This document shows positions 11,501 through 24,200 of a stretch of 64,000 nucleotides of DNA, piece by piece. The stretch spans positions 3,162,001 to 3,226,000 of the forward strand of contig OZ024757.1 of NCBI GenBank assembly GCA_964016885.1. Direction: 5' to 3'. Source of the DNA: Eledone cirrhosa. Lineage: Eukaryota. The position numbers and the translations under genes are program-made. The notes under the pieces were generated by a model. That model was not told where the DNA came from. It searched no databases and saw only the letters and a list, made by a program, of their open reading frames with translations. Every line of letters starts with the position of its first letter. The first letter of the stretch is position 1.

Positions 11501-12546
11501 TTCCTGACCCATTCTAACCACATATCTATGGTATTAGAGCTGTGATCTCTCAATTCAAAGATTCTTTACAGAGATATTCTTAACACATGTCTGTAGTATC
11601 AGAGCTGTGATCTCTCAATTCAGAGATTCTTTCCTGAGACATTCCCCCCACCAATCTGTAGTATCAGCGTTGTGATCTCTCAATTCAGAGATTCTTTTCT
11701 CAGACGTTCTAACCACATTTCTATATTATCAGAGCTGTGATCTCTCAATTCAGAGATTCTTTCCTGAGACATTCTAACCACATGTCTGTAGTATCAGAGC
11801 TGTGATCTCTCAATTTAGAGATTCTTTCCTGAGACATTCTAACCACATGTCTATAGTATCAGAGCTGTGATCTTTCAATTCAGAGATTCTTTCCTGAGAC
11901 ATTCTAACCACATGTCTGTAGTATAAGAGGTGTGATCTCTCAATTCAGAGATTCTTTCCTGAGACATGTTAACCACATGTCTGTAGTATCAGAGCTGTGA
12001 TCTCTCAATTCAGAGATTCTTTCCTGAGACATTCTAACCACATGTCTGTAGTATCAGAGCTGTGATCTCTCAATCCAGAGATTCTTTCCTGAGACATTCT
12101 AACCACATATCTAGAGTATCAGAGCTGTGATCTCTCAATTTAGAGATTCTTTCCTGAGACATTCTAACCACATATCTATAGTATTAGAGCTGTGATCTCT
12201 CATTTCAAAGATTCTTTCCAGAGATATTCTTACCACATGTCTGTAGTATCAGAGCTGTGATCTCTCAATTCAGAGATCCTTTCCTGCGACATTCTAACCA
12301 CATGTCTATAGTATCAGAGCTGTGATCTCTCAATTCAGAGATTCTTTCCTGAGACATTCTAACCACATGTCTGTAGTATCAGAGCTGTGATCTCTCAATT
12401 CAGAGATTCTTTCCTGAGACATTCCCGCCACCAATCTGTAGTATCAGCGTTGTGATCTTTCAATTCAGAGATTCTTTTCTCAGACATTCTAACCACATTT
12501 TTATAGTATCAGAGCTGTGATCTCTCAATTTAGAGATTCTTTCCTG
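5523..12546. repeat. HOR domain with four copies of a block carrying the 66-bp monomer; spacings 34, 19 and 35 monomers
   Basis: The marker CAAGTTAGAGATTCTTCTCCTGAGGC has its G at 5700, 7911, 9147 and 11423 (offsets 2211, 1236, 2276 = n x 65 + 1). Each copy is followed by the same ordered variants (GACCC, CCCCCC, GACGTT, ATAAG, CATGTT, CTAGAG). Confidence 0.9.
5653..5718. repeat. 66-bp monomer variant (1-bp insertion, TTCTTCTCCTG); 7 copies in window
   Basis: Register shifts +1 near 5710, 7920, 9155, 11430, 31065, 36525 and 56410. It is always linked to CAAAGCT and CAAGTT substitutions. Confidence 0.93.
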
Positions 12547-15500
12547 AGACATTATAACCACATATCTATGGTATTAGAGCTGTGATCTCTCAATTCAAAG
12601 ATTCTTTACAGAGATATTCTTACCACATGTCTGTAGTATCAGAGCTGTGATCTCTCAATTCAGAGATTCTTTCCTGAGACGCTCTAACCACATGTCTGTA
12701 GTATCAGAGGTTTGATCTCTCAATTCAGAGATTCTTTCCTGAGACATTCAAACCACATGTCTGTAGTATCAGAGCTGTGATCTCTCAATTCAGAGATTCT
12801 TTCCTGTGACATTCTAACCACATGTCTGTAGTATCAGAGCTGTGATCTATTAATTCAGAGATTCTTTCCTGAGACATTCTAACCACATGTCTATTTTATC
12901 AGAGCGGTGATCTCTCAATTCAGAGATTCTTTCCTGAGACATGCTAACCACATGTCTGTAGTATCAGAGCTGTGATCTCTCAATTCAAAAATTCTTTCCT
13001 GAGACATTCTAACCACATGTCTGTAGTATCAGAGCTGTGATCTCTCAATTTAGAGATTCTTTCCTGAGACATTCTAATCACATGTCTTCAGTATTAGAGC
13101 TGTGATCTCTCAATCCAGAGATTCTTTCCTGAGACATTCTAAACACATATCTATAGTATTAGAGCTGTGATCTCTCAATTCAAAGATTCTTTCCAGAGAT
13201 ATTCTTACCACATGTCTGTAGTATCAGAGCTGTGATCTCTCAATTCAGAGATTCTTTCCTGAGACATTCCCGCTACCAATCTGTAGTATCAGCGTTGTGA
13301 TCTCTCAATTCAGAGATTCTTTTCTCAGACATTCTAACAACATTTCTATAGTATCAGAGCTGTGATCTCTCAATTTAGAGATTCTTTCCTGAGGCATTCT
13401 AACCACATGTCTATAGCATCAGAGCTGTGATCTCTCAATTCAGAGATTCTTTCTTGAGACATTCTAACCTCATGTCTGTAGTATCAGAGCTGTGATCTCT
13501 CAATTTAGAGATTCTTTCCTGAGACATTCTAACCACATATCTATAGTATTAGAGCTGTGATCTCTCAATTCAAAGATTCTTTCCAGAGATATTCTAACCA
13601 CATGTCTGTAGTATCAGAGCTGTGATCTCTCAATTCAGAGATTCCTTCATGAGACATTCTAACCACATGTCTATAGTATCAGAGCTTAGATCTCTCAATT
13701 CAGAGATTCTTTCCTGAGACATTCTAACCGCAAGTCTGTAGTATCAGAGCTGTGATCTCTCAATCCAGAGACTCTTTCTTGAGACATTCTAACGACATGT
13801 CTGTAGTAGCAGAGCTGTGATCTCTCAATTCAGAGATTCTTACCTGCGACATTCTAACCACATGTCTATAATATCAGAGCTGTGATCTCTCAATTTAGAG
13901 ATTCTTTCCTGAGACATTCTAACCACATGTCTGTAGTATCAGAGCTGTGATCTCTCAATTTAGAGATTCTTTCCTGAGACATTCTAACCACATATCTATA
14001 GTATTAGAGCTGTGATCTCTCAATTCAAAGATTCTTTCCTGAGACATTCTAACCACATGTCTGTAGTATCAGAGCTGTGATCTCTCAATTTAGAGATTCT
14101 TTCCTGAGACATTCTAAACACATATCTATAGTATTAGTGCTGTGATCGCTCAATTCAAAGATTCTTTCCTGAAACATTCTAACCACATGTCTATAGTATC
14201 AGAGCTGTGATCTCTCCATTCAGAGATTCTTTCCTGAGACATTCTAACCACATGTCTGTAGTATCAGATGTGTGATCTCTCAATTCAGAGATTCTTTCCT
14301 GAGACATGCTAACCACATGTCTGTAGTATCAGTGCTGTGATCTCTCAATTCAGAGATTCTTTCCTGAGACATTCTAACCACACGTCTGTAGTATCAGAGC
14401 TGTGATCTCTCAACTTAGAGATTCTTTCCTGAGACATTCTAACCACATGTCTTCAGTATTAGAGCTGTGATCTCTCAATCCAGAGATTCTTTCCTGAGAC
14501 ATTCTAAACACATATCTATAGTATTAGAACTGTGATCTCTCAATTCAAAGATTCTTTTCAGAGATATTCTTACCACATGTCAGTAGTATCAGAGCTCTGA
14601 TCTCTCAATTCAGAGATTCTTTCCTGAGACATTCCCGCCACCAATCTGTAGTATCAGCGTTGTGATCTCTCAATTCAGAGATTCTTTTCTCAGACATTCT
14701 AACCACATTTCTATAGTATCATAGCTGTGATCTCTCAATTTAGAGATTCTTTCCTGAGGCATTCTAACCACATGTCTATAGCATCAGAGCTGTGATCTCT
14801 CAATTCAGAGATTCTTTCTTGAGACATTCTAACCTCATGTCTGTAATATCAGAGCTGTGATCTCTCAATTTAGAGATTCTTTCCTGAGACATTCTAACCA
14901 CATATCTATAGTATTAGAGCTGTGATCTCTCAATTCAAAGATTCTTTCCAGAGATATTCTAACCACATGTCTGTAGTATCAGAGCTGTGATCTCTCAATT
15001 CAGAGATTCCTTCATGAGACATTCTAACCACATGTCTATAGTATCAGAGCTTAGATCTCTCAATTCAGAGATTCTTTCCTGAGACATTCTAACCGCATGT
15101 CTGTAGTATCAGAGCTGTGATCTCTCAATCCAGAGACTCTTTCTTGAGACATTCTAACCACATATCTAGAGTATCAGAGCTGTGATCTCTCAATTTAGAG
15201 ATTCTTTCCTGAGACATTCTAACCACATATCTATAGTATTAGAGCTGTGATCTCTCATTTCAAAGATTCTTTCCAGAGATATTCTTACCACATGTCTGTA
15301 GTATCAGAGCTGTGATCTCTCAATTCAGAGATCCTTTCCTGCGACATTCTAACCACATGTCTATAGTATCAGAGCTGTGATCTCTCAATTCAGAGATTCT
15401 TTCCTGAGACATTCTAACCACATGTCTGTAGTATCAGAGCTGTGATCTCTCAATTCAGAGATTCTTTCCTGAGACATTCCCGCCACCAATCTGTAGTATC

Positions 15501-18500
15501 AGCGTTGTGATCTTTCAATTCAGAGATTCTTTTCTCAGACATTCTAACCACATTTTTATAGTATCAGAGCTGTGATCTCTCAATTTAGAGATTCTTTCCT
15601 GAGACATTATAACCACATATCTATGGTATTAGAGCTGTGATCTCTCAATTCAAAGATTCTTTACAGAGATATTCTTACCACATGTCTGTAGTATCAGAGC
15701 TGTGATCTCTCAATTCAGAGATTCTTTCCTGAGATGCTCTAACCACATGTCTGTAGTATCAGAGGTTTGATCTCTCAATTCAGAGATTCTTTCCTGAGAC
15801 ATTCAAACCACATGTCTGTAGTATCAGAGCTGTGATCTCTCAATTCAGAGATTCTTTCCTGTGACATTCTAACCACATGTCTGTAGTATCAGAGCTGTGA
15901 TCTATTAATTCAGAGATTCTTTCCTGAGACATTCTAAACACATGTCTATTTTATCAGAGCGGTGATCTCTCAATTCAGAGATTCTTTCCTGAGACATGCT
16001 AACCACATGTCTGTAGTATCAGAGCTGTGATCTCTCAATTCAAAAATTCTTTCCTGAGACATTCTAACCACATGTCTGTAGTATCAGAGCTGTGATCTCT
16101 CAATTTAGAGATTCTTTCCTGAGACATTCTAATCACATGTCTTCAGTATTAGAGCTGTGATCTCTCAATCCAGAGATTCTTTCCTGAGACATTCTAAACA
16201 CATATCTATAGTATTAGAGCTGTGATCTCTCAATTCAAAGATTCTTTCCAGAGATATTCTTACCACATGTCTGTAGTATCAGAGCTGTGATCTCTCAATT
16301 CAGAGATTCTTTCCTGAGACATTCCCGCTACCAATCTGTAGTATCAGCGTTGTGATCTCTCAATTCAGAGATTCTTTTCTCAGACATTCTAACAACATTT
16401 CTATAGTATCAGAGCTGTGATCTCTCAATTTAGAGATTCTTTCCTGAGGCATTCTAACCACATGTCTATAGCATCAGAGCTGTGATCTCTCAATTCAGAG
16501 ATTCTTTCTTGAGACATTCTAACCTCATGTCTGTAGTATCAGAGCTGTGATCTCTCAATTTAGAGATTCTTTCCTGAGACATTCTAACCACATATCTATA
16601 GTATTAGAGCTGTGATCTCTCAATTCAAAGATTCTTTCCAGAGATATTCTAACCACATGTCTGTAGTATCAGAGCTGTGATCTCTCAATTCAGAGATTCC
16701 TTCATGAGACATTCTAACCACATGTCTATAGTATCAGAGCTTAGATCTCTCAATTCAGAGATTCTTTCCTGAGACATTCTAACCGCATGTCTGTAGTATC
16801 AGAGCTGTGATCTCTCAATCCAGAGACTCTTTCTTGAGACATTCTAACGACATGTCTGTAGTAGCAGAGCTGTGATCTCTCAATTCAGAGATTCTTACCT
16901 GCGACATTCTAACCACATGTCTATAATATCAGAGCTGTGATCTCTCAATTTAGAGATTCTTTCCTGAGACATTCTAACCACATGTCTGTAGTATCAGAGC
17001 TGTGATCTCTCAATTTAGAGATTCTTTCCTGAGACATTCTAACCACATATCTATAGTATTAGAGCTGTGATCTCTCAATTCAAAGATTCTTTCCTGAGAC
17101 ATTCTAACCACATGTCTGTAGTATCAGAGCTGTGATCTCTCAATTTAGAGATTCTTTCCTGAGACATTCTAAACACATATCTATAGTATTAGTGCTGTGA
17201 TCGCTCAATTCAAAGATTCTTTCCTGAAACATTCTAACCACATGTCTATAGTATCAGAGCTGTGATCTCTCCATTCAGAGATTCTTTCCTGAGACATTCT
17301 AACCACATGTCTGTAGTATCAGATGTGTGATCTCTCAATTCAGAGATTCTTTCCTGAGACATGCTAACCACATGTCTGTAGTATCAGTGCTGTGATCTCT
17401 CAATTCAGAGATTCTTTCCTGAGACATTCTAACCACACGTCTGTAGTATCAGAGCTGTGATCTCTCAACTTAGAGATTCTTTCCTGAGACATTCTAACCA
17501 CATGTCTTCAGTATTAGAGCTGTGATCTCTCAATCCAGAGATTCTTTCCTGAGACATTCTAAACACATATCTATAGTATTAGAACTGTGATCTCTCAATT
17601 CAAAGATTCTTTCCAGAGATATTCTTACCACATGTCAGTAGTATCAGAGCTCTGATCTCTCAATTCAGAGATTCTTTCCTGAGACATTCCCGCCACCAAT
17701 CTGTAGTATCAGCGTTGTGATCTCTCAATTCAGAGATTCTTTTCTCAGACATTCTAACCACATTTCTATAGTATCATAGCTGTGATCTCTCAATTTAGAG
17801 ATTCTTTCCTGAGGCATTCTAACCACATGTCTATAGCATCAGAGCTGTGATCTCTCAATTCAGAGATTCTTTCTTGAGACATTCTAACCTCATGTCTGTA
17901 ATATCAGAGCTGTGATCTCTCAATTTAGAGATTCTTTCCTGAGACATTCTAACCACATATCTATAGTATTAGAGCTGTGATCTCTCAATTCAAAGATTCT
18001 TTCCAGAGATATTCTAACCACATGTCTGTAGTATCAGAGCTGTGATCTCTCAATTCAGAGATTCCTTCATGAGACATTCTAACCACATGTCTATAGTATC
18101 AGAGCTTAGATCTCTCAATTCAGAGATTCTTTCCTGAGACATTCTAACCGCATGTCTGTAGTATCAGAGCTGTGATCTCTCAATCCAGAGACTCTTTCTT
18201 GAGACATTCTAACCACATATCTAGAGTATCAGAGCTGTGATCTCTCAATTTAGAGATTCTTTCCTGAGACATTCTAACCACATATCTATAGTATTAGAGC
18301 TGTGATCTCTCATTTCAAAGATTCTTTCCAGAGATATTCTTACCACATGTCTGTAGTATCAGAGCTGTGATCTCTCAATTCAGAGATCCTTTCCTGCGAC
18401 ATTCTAACCACATGTCTATAGTATCAGAGCTGTGATCTCTCAATTCAGAGATTCTTTCCTGAGACATTCTAACCACATGTCTGTAGTATCAGAGCTGTGA

Positions 18501-21256
18501 TCTCTCAATTCAGAGATTCTTTCCTGAGACATTCCCGCCACCAATCTGTAGTATCAGCGTTGTGATCTTTCAATTCAGAGATTCTTTTCTCAGACATTCT
18601 AACCACATTTTTATAGTATCAGAGCTGTGATCTCTCAATTTAGAGATTCTTTCCTGAGACATTATAACCACATATCTATGGTATTAGAGCTGTGATCTCT
18701 CAATTCAAAGATTCTTTACAGAGATATTCTTACCACATGTCTGTAGTATCAGAGCTGTGATCTCTCAATTCAGAGATTCTTTCCTGAGACGCTCTAACCA
18801 CATGTCTGTAGTATCAGAGGTTTGATCTCTCAATTCAGAGATTCTTTCCTGAGACATTCAAACCACATGTCTGTAGTATCAGAGCTGTGATCTCTCAATT
18901 CAGAGATTCTTTCCTGTGACATTCTAACCACATGTCTGTAGTATCAGAGCTGTGATCTATTAATTCAGAGATTCTTTCCTGAGACATTCTAACCACATGT
19001 CTATTTTATCAGAGCGGTGATCTCTCAATTCAGAGATTCTTTCCTGAGACATGCTAACCACATGTCTGTAGTATCAGAGCTGTGATCTCTCAATTCAAAA
19101 ATTCTTTCCTGAGACATTCTAACCACATGTCTGTAGTATCAGAGCTGTGATCTCTCAATTTAGAGATTCTTTCCTGAGACATTCTAATCACATGTCTTCA
19201 GTATTAGAGCTGTGATCTCTCAATCCAGAGATTCTTTCCTGAGACATTCTAAACACATATCTATAGTATTAGAGCTGTGATCTCTCAATTCAAAGATTCT
19301 TTCCAGAGATATTCTTACCACATGTCTGTAGTATCAGAGCTGTGATCTCTCAATTCAGAGATTCTTTCCTGAGACATTCCCGCTACCAATCTGTAGTATC
19401 AGCGTTGTGATCTCTCAATTCAGAGATTCTTTTCTCAGACATTCTAACAACATTTCTATAGTATCAGAGCTGTGATCTCTCAATTTAGAGATTCTTTCCT
19501 GAGGCATTCTAACCACATGTCTATAGCATCAGAGCTGTGATCTCTCAATTCAGAGATTCTTTCTTGAGACATTCTAACCTCATGTCTGTAGTATCAGAGC
19601 TGTGATCTCTCAATTTAGAGATTCTTTCCTGAGACATTCTAACCACATATCTATAGTATTAGAGCTGTGATCTCTCAATTCAAAGATTCTTTCCAGAGAT
19701 ATTCTAACCACATGTCTGTAGTATCAGAGCTGTGATCTCTCAATTCAGAGATTCCTTCATGAGACATTCTAACCACATGTCTATAGTATCAGAGCTTAGA
19801 TCTCTCAATTCAGAGATTCTTTCCTGAGACATTCTAACCGCATGTCTGTAGTATCAGAGCTGTGATCTCTCAATCCAGGGACTCTTTCTTGAGACATTCT
19901 AACGACATGTCTGTAGTAGCAGAGCTGTGATCTCTCAATTCAGAGATTCTTACCTGCGACATTCTAACCACATGTCTATAATATCAGAGCTGTGATCTCT
20001 CAATTTAGAGATTCTTTCCTGAGACATTCTAACCACATGTCTGTAGTATCAGAGCTGTGATCTCTCAATTTAGAGATTCTTTCCTGAGACATTCTAACCA
20101 CATATCTATAGTATTAGAGCTGTGATCTCTCAATTCAAAGATTCTTTCCTGAGACATTCTAACCACATGTCTGTAGTATCAGAGCTGTGATCTCTCAATT
20201 TAGAGATTCTTTCCTGAGACATTCTAAACACATATCTATAGTATTAGTGCTGTGATCGCTCAATTCAAAGATTCTTTCCTGAAACATTCTAACCACATGT
20301 CTATAGTATCAGAGCTGTGATCTCTCCATTCAGAGATTCTTTCCTGAGACATTCTAACCACATGTCTGTAGTATCAGATGTGTGATCTCTCAATTCAGAG
20401 ATTCTTTCCTGAGACATGCTAACCACATGTCTGTAGTATCAGTGCTGTGATCTCTCAATTCAGAGATTCTTTCCTGAGACATTCTAACCACACGTCTGTA
20501 GTATCAGAGCTGTGATCTCTCAACTTAGAGATTCTTTCCTGAGACATTCTAACCACATGTCTTCAGTATTAGAGCTGTGATCTCTCAATCCAGAGATTCT
20601 TTCCTGAGACATTCTAAACACATATCTATAGTATTAGAACTGTGATCTCTCAATTCAAAGATTCTTTCCAGAGATATTCTTACCACATGTCAGTAGTATC
20701 AGAGCTCTGATCTCTCAATTCAGAGATTCTTTCCTGAGACATTCCCGCCACCAATCTGTAGTATCAGCGTTGTGATCTCTCAATTCAGAGATTCTTTTCT
20801 CAGACATTCTAACCACATTTCTATAGTATCATAGCTGTGATCTCTCAATTTAGAGATTCTTTCCTGAGGCATTCTAACCACATGTCTATAGCATCAGAGC
20901 TGTGATCTCTCAATTCAGAGATTCTTTCTTGAGACATTCTAACCTCATGTCTGTAATATCAGAGCTGTGATCTCTCAATTTAGAGATTCTTTCCTGAGAC
21001 ATTCTAACCACATATCTATAGTATTAGAGCTGTGATCTCTCAATTCAAAGATTCTTTCCAGAGATATTCTAACCACATGTCTGTAGTATCAGAGCTGTGA
21101 TCTCTCAATTCAGAGATTCCTTCATGAGACATTCTAACCACATGTCTATAGTATCAGAGCTTAGATCTCTCAATTCAGAGATTCTTTCCTGAGACATTCT
21201 AACCGCATGTCTGTAGTATCAGAGCTGTGATCTCTCAATCCAGAGACTCTTTCTTG
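12092..21256. repeat. 47-monomer (3055 bp) higher-order repeat, three tandem copies
   Basis: The private marker ATTATAACC lies at 12551, 15606 and 18661 (spacing exactly 3055). CTATTTTATC, CCCGCTACC, GTAGCAGAG and AGATGTGTGA recur with the same period. Confidence 0.92.
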
Positions 21257-24200
21257 AGACATTCTAACGACATGTCTGTAGTAGCAGAGCTGTGATCTCT
21301 CAATTCAGAGATTCTTACCTGCGACATTCTAACCACATGTCTATAATATCAGAGCTGTGATCTCTCAATTTAGAGATTCTTTCCTGAGACATTCTAACCA
21401 CATGTCTGTAGTATCAGAGCTGTGATCTCTCAATTTAGAGATTCTTTCCTGAGACATTCTAACCACATATCTATAGTATTAGAGCTGTGATCTCTCAATT
21501 CAAAGATTCTTTCCTGAGACATTCTAACCACATGTCTGTAGTATCAGAGCTGTGATCTCTCAATTTAGAGATTCTTTCCTGAGACATTCTAAACACATAT
21601 CTATAGTATTAGTGCTGTGATCGCTCAATTCAAAGATTCTTTCCTGAAACATTCTAACCACATGTCTATAGTATCAGAGCTGTGATCTCTCCATTCAGAG
21701 ATTCTTTCCTGAGACATTCTAACCACATGTCTGTAGTATCAGAGGTGTGATCTCTCAATTCAGAGATTCTTTCCTGAGACATGCTAACCACATGTCTGTA
21801 GTATCAGTGCTGTGATCTCTCAATTCAGAGATTCTTTCCTGAGACATTCTAACCACACGTCTGTAGTATCAGAGCTGTGATCTCTCAACTTAGAGATTCT
21901 TTCCTGAGACATTCTAACCACATGTCTTCAGTATTAGAGCTGTGATCTCTCAATCCAGAGATTCTTTCCAGAGATATTCTTACCACATGTCAGTAGTATC
22001 AGAGCTCTGATCTCTCAATTCAGAGATTCTTTCCTGAGACATTCCCGCCACCAATCTGTAGTATCAGCGTTGTGATCTCTCAATTCAGAGATTCTTTTCT
22101 CAGACATTCTAACCACATTTCTATAGTATCATAGCTGTGATCTCTCAATTTAGAGATTCTTTCCTGAGGCATTCTAACCACATGTCTATAGCATCAGAGC
22201 TGTGATCTCTCAATTCAGAGATTCTTTCTTGAGACATTCTAACCTCATGTCTGTAATATCAGAGCTGTGATCTCTCAATTTAGAGATTCTTTCCTGAGAC
22301 ATTCTAACCACATATCTATAGTATTAGAGCTGTGATCTCTCAATTCAAAGATTCTTTCCAGAGATATTCTAACCACATGTCTGTAGGATCAGAGCCGTGA
22401 TCTCTCAATTCAGAGATTCCTTCATGAGACATTCTAACCACATGTCTATAGTATCAGATCTATGATCTCTCAATTCAGAGATTCTTTCCTGAGACATTCT
22501 AACCACATGTCTGTAGTATCAGAGCTGTGATCTCTCAATCCAGAGATTCTTTCTTGAGACATTCTAACCACATGTATGTAGTATCAGAGCTGTGATCTCT
22601 CAATTCAGAGATTCTTACCTGCGACATTCTAACCACATGTCTATAGTATCAGAGCTGTGATCTCTCAATTTAGAGATTCTTTCCTGAGACATTCTAACCA
22701 CATGTCTGTAGTATCAGAGCTGTGATCTTTCAATTCAGAGATTCTTTCCTGAGACATTCTAACCACATGTCTGTAGTATCAGAGCTGTGATCTCTCAATT
22801 TAGAGATTCTTTCCTGAGACATTCTAACCACATATCTATAGTATTAGAGCTGTGATCTCTCAATTCAAAGATTCTTTCCTGAGACATTCTAACCACATGT
22901 CTTTAGTATCAGAGCTGTGATATCTCAATTTAGAAATTCTTTCCTGAGTCATTCTAAACACATATTTATAGTATTAGAGCTGTGATCTCTCAATTCAAAG
23001 ATTCTTTCCTGAAACATTCTAACCACATGTCTATAGTATCAGAGCTGTGATCTCTCAATTCAGAGATTCTTTCCTGAGACATTCTAACCACATGTCTGTA
23101 GTATCAGAGGTGTGATCTCTCAATTCAGAGATTCTTTCCTGAGACATGCTAACCACATGTCTGTAGTATCAGTGCTGTGATCTCTCAATTCAGAGATTCT
23201 TTCCTGAGACATTCTAACCACACGTCTGTAGTATCAGAGCTGTGATCTCTCAACTTAGAGATTCTTTCCTGAGACATTCTAACCACATGTCTTCAGTATT
23301 AGAGCTGTGATCTCTCAATCCAGAGATTCTTTCCTGAGACATTCTAACCACATATCTATAGTATTAGAGCTGTCATCTCTCAATTCAAAGATTCTTTCCA
23401 GAGATATTCTTACCACATGTCAGTAGTATCAGAGCTCTGATCTCTCAATTCAGAGATTCTTTCCTGAGACATTCCCGCCACCAATCTGTAGTATCAGCGT
23501 TGTGATCTCTCAATTCAGAGATTCTTTTCTCAGACATTCTAACCACATTTCTATAGTATCATAGCTGTGATCTCTCAATTTAGAGATTCTTTCCTGAGGC
23601 ATTCTAACCACATGTCTATAGCATCAGAGCTGTGATCTCTCAATTCAGAGATTCTTTCCTGAGACATTCTAACCACATGTCTGTAGTATCAGAGCTGTGA
23701 TCTCTCAATTTAGAGATTCTTTTCTGAGACATTCTACCGACATATCTATAGTATTAGAGCTGTCATCTCTCAATTCAAAGATTCTTTCCAGAGATATTCT
23801 AACCACATGTCTGTAGTATCAGAGCTGTGATATCTCAATTCAGAGATTCTTTCCTGAGACATTCTAACCACATGTCTATAGTATCAGAGCTGTGATCTCT
23901 CAATTCAGAGATTCTTTCCTGAGACATTCCCGCCACCAATATGTAGTATCAGCGTTGTGTTCTCTCAATTCAGAGATTCTTTTCTCAGACATTCTAACCA
24001 CATTTTTATAGTATCAGAGCTGTGATCTCTCAATTTAGAGATTCTTTCCTGAGGCATTCTAACCACATGTCTATAGCATCAGAGCTGTGATCTCTCAATT
24101 CAGAGATTCTTTCCTGAGACATTCTAACCACATGTCTGTAGTATCAGAGCTGTGATCTCTCAATTCAGAGATTCTTTCCTGAGACAATCTAACCACATGT

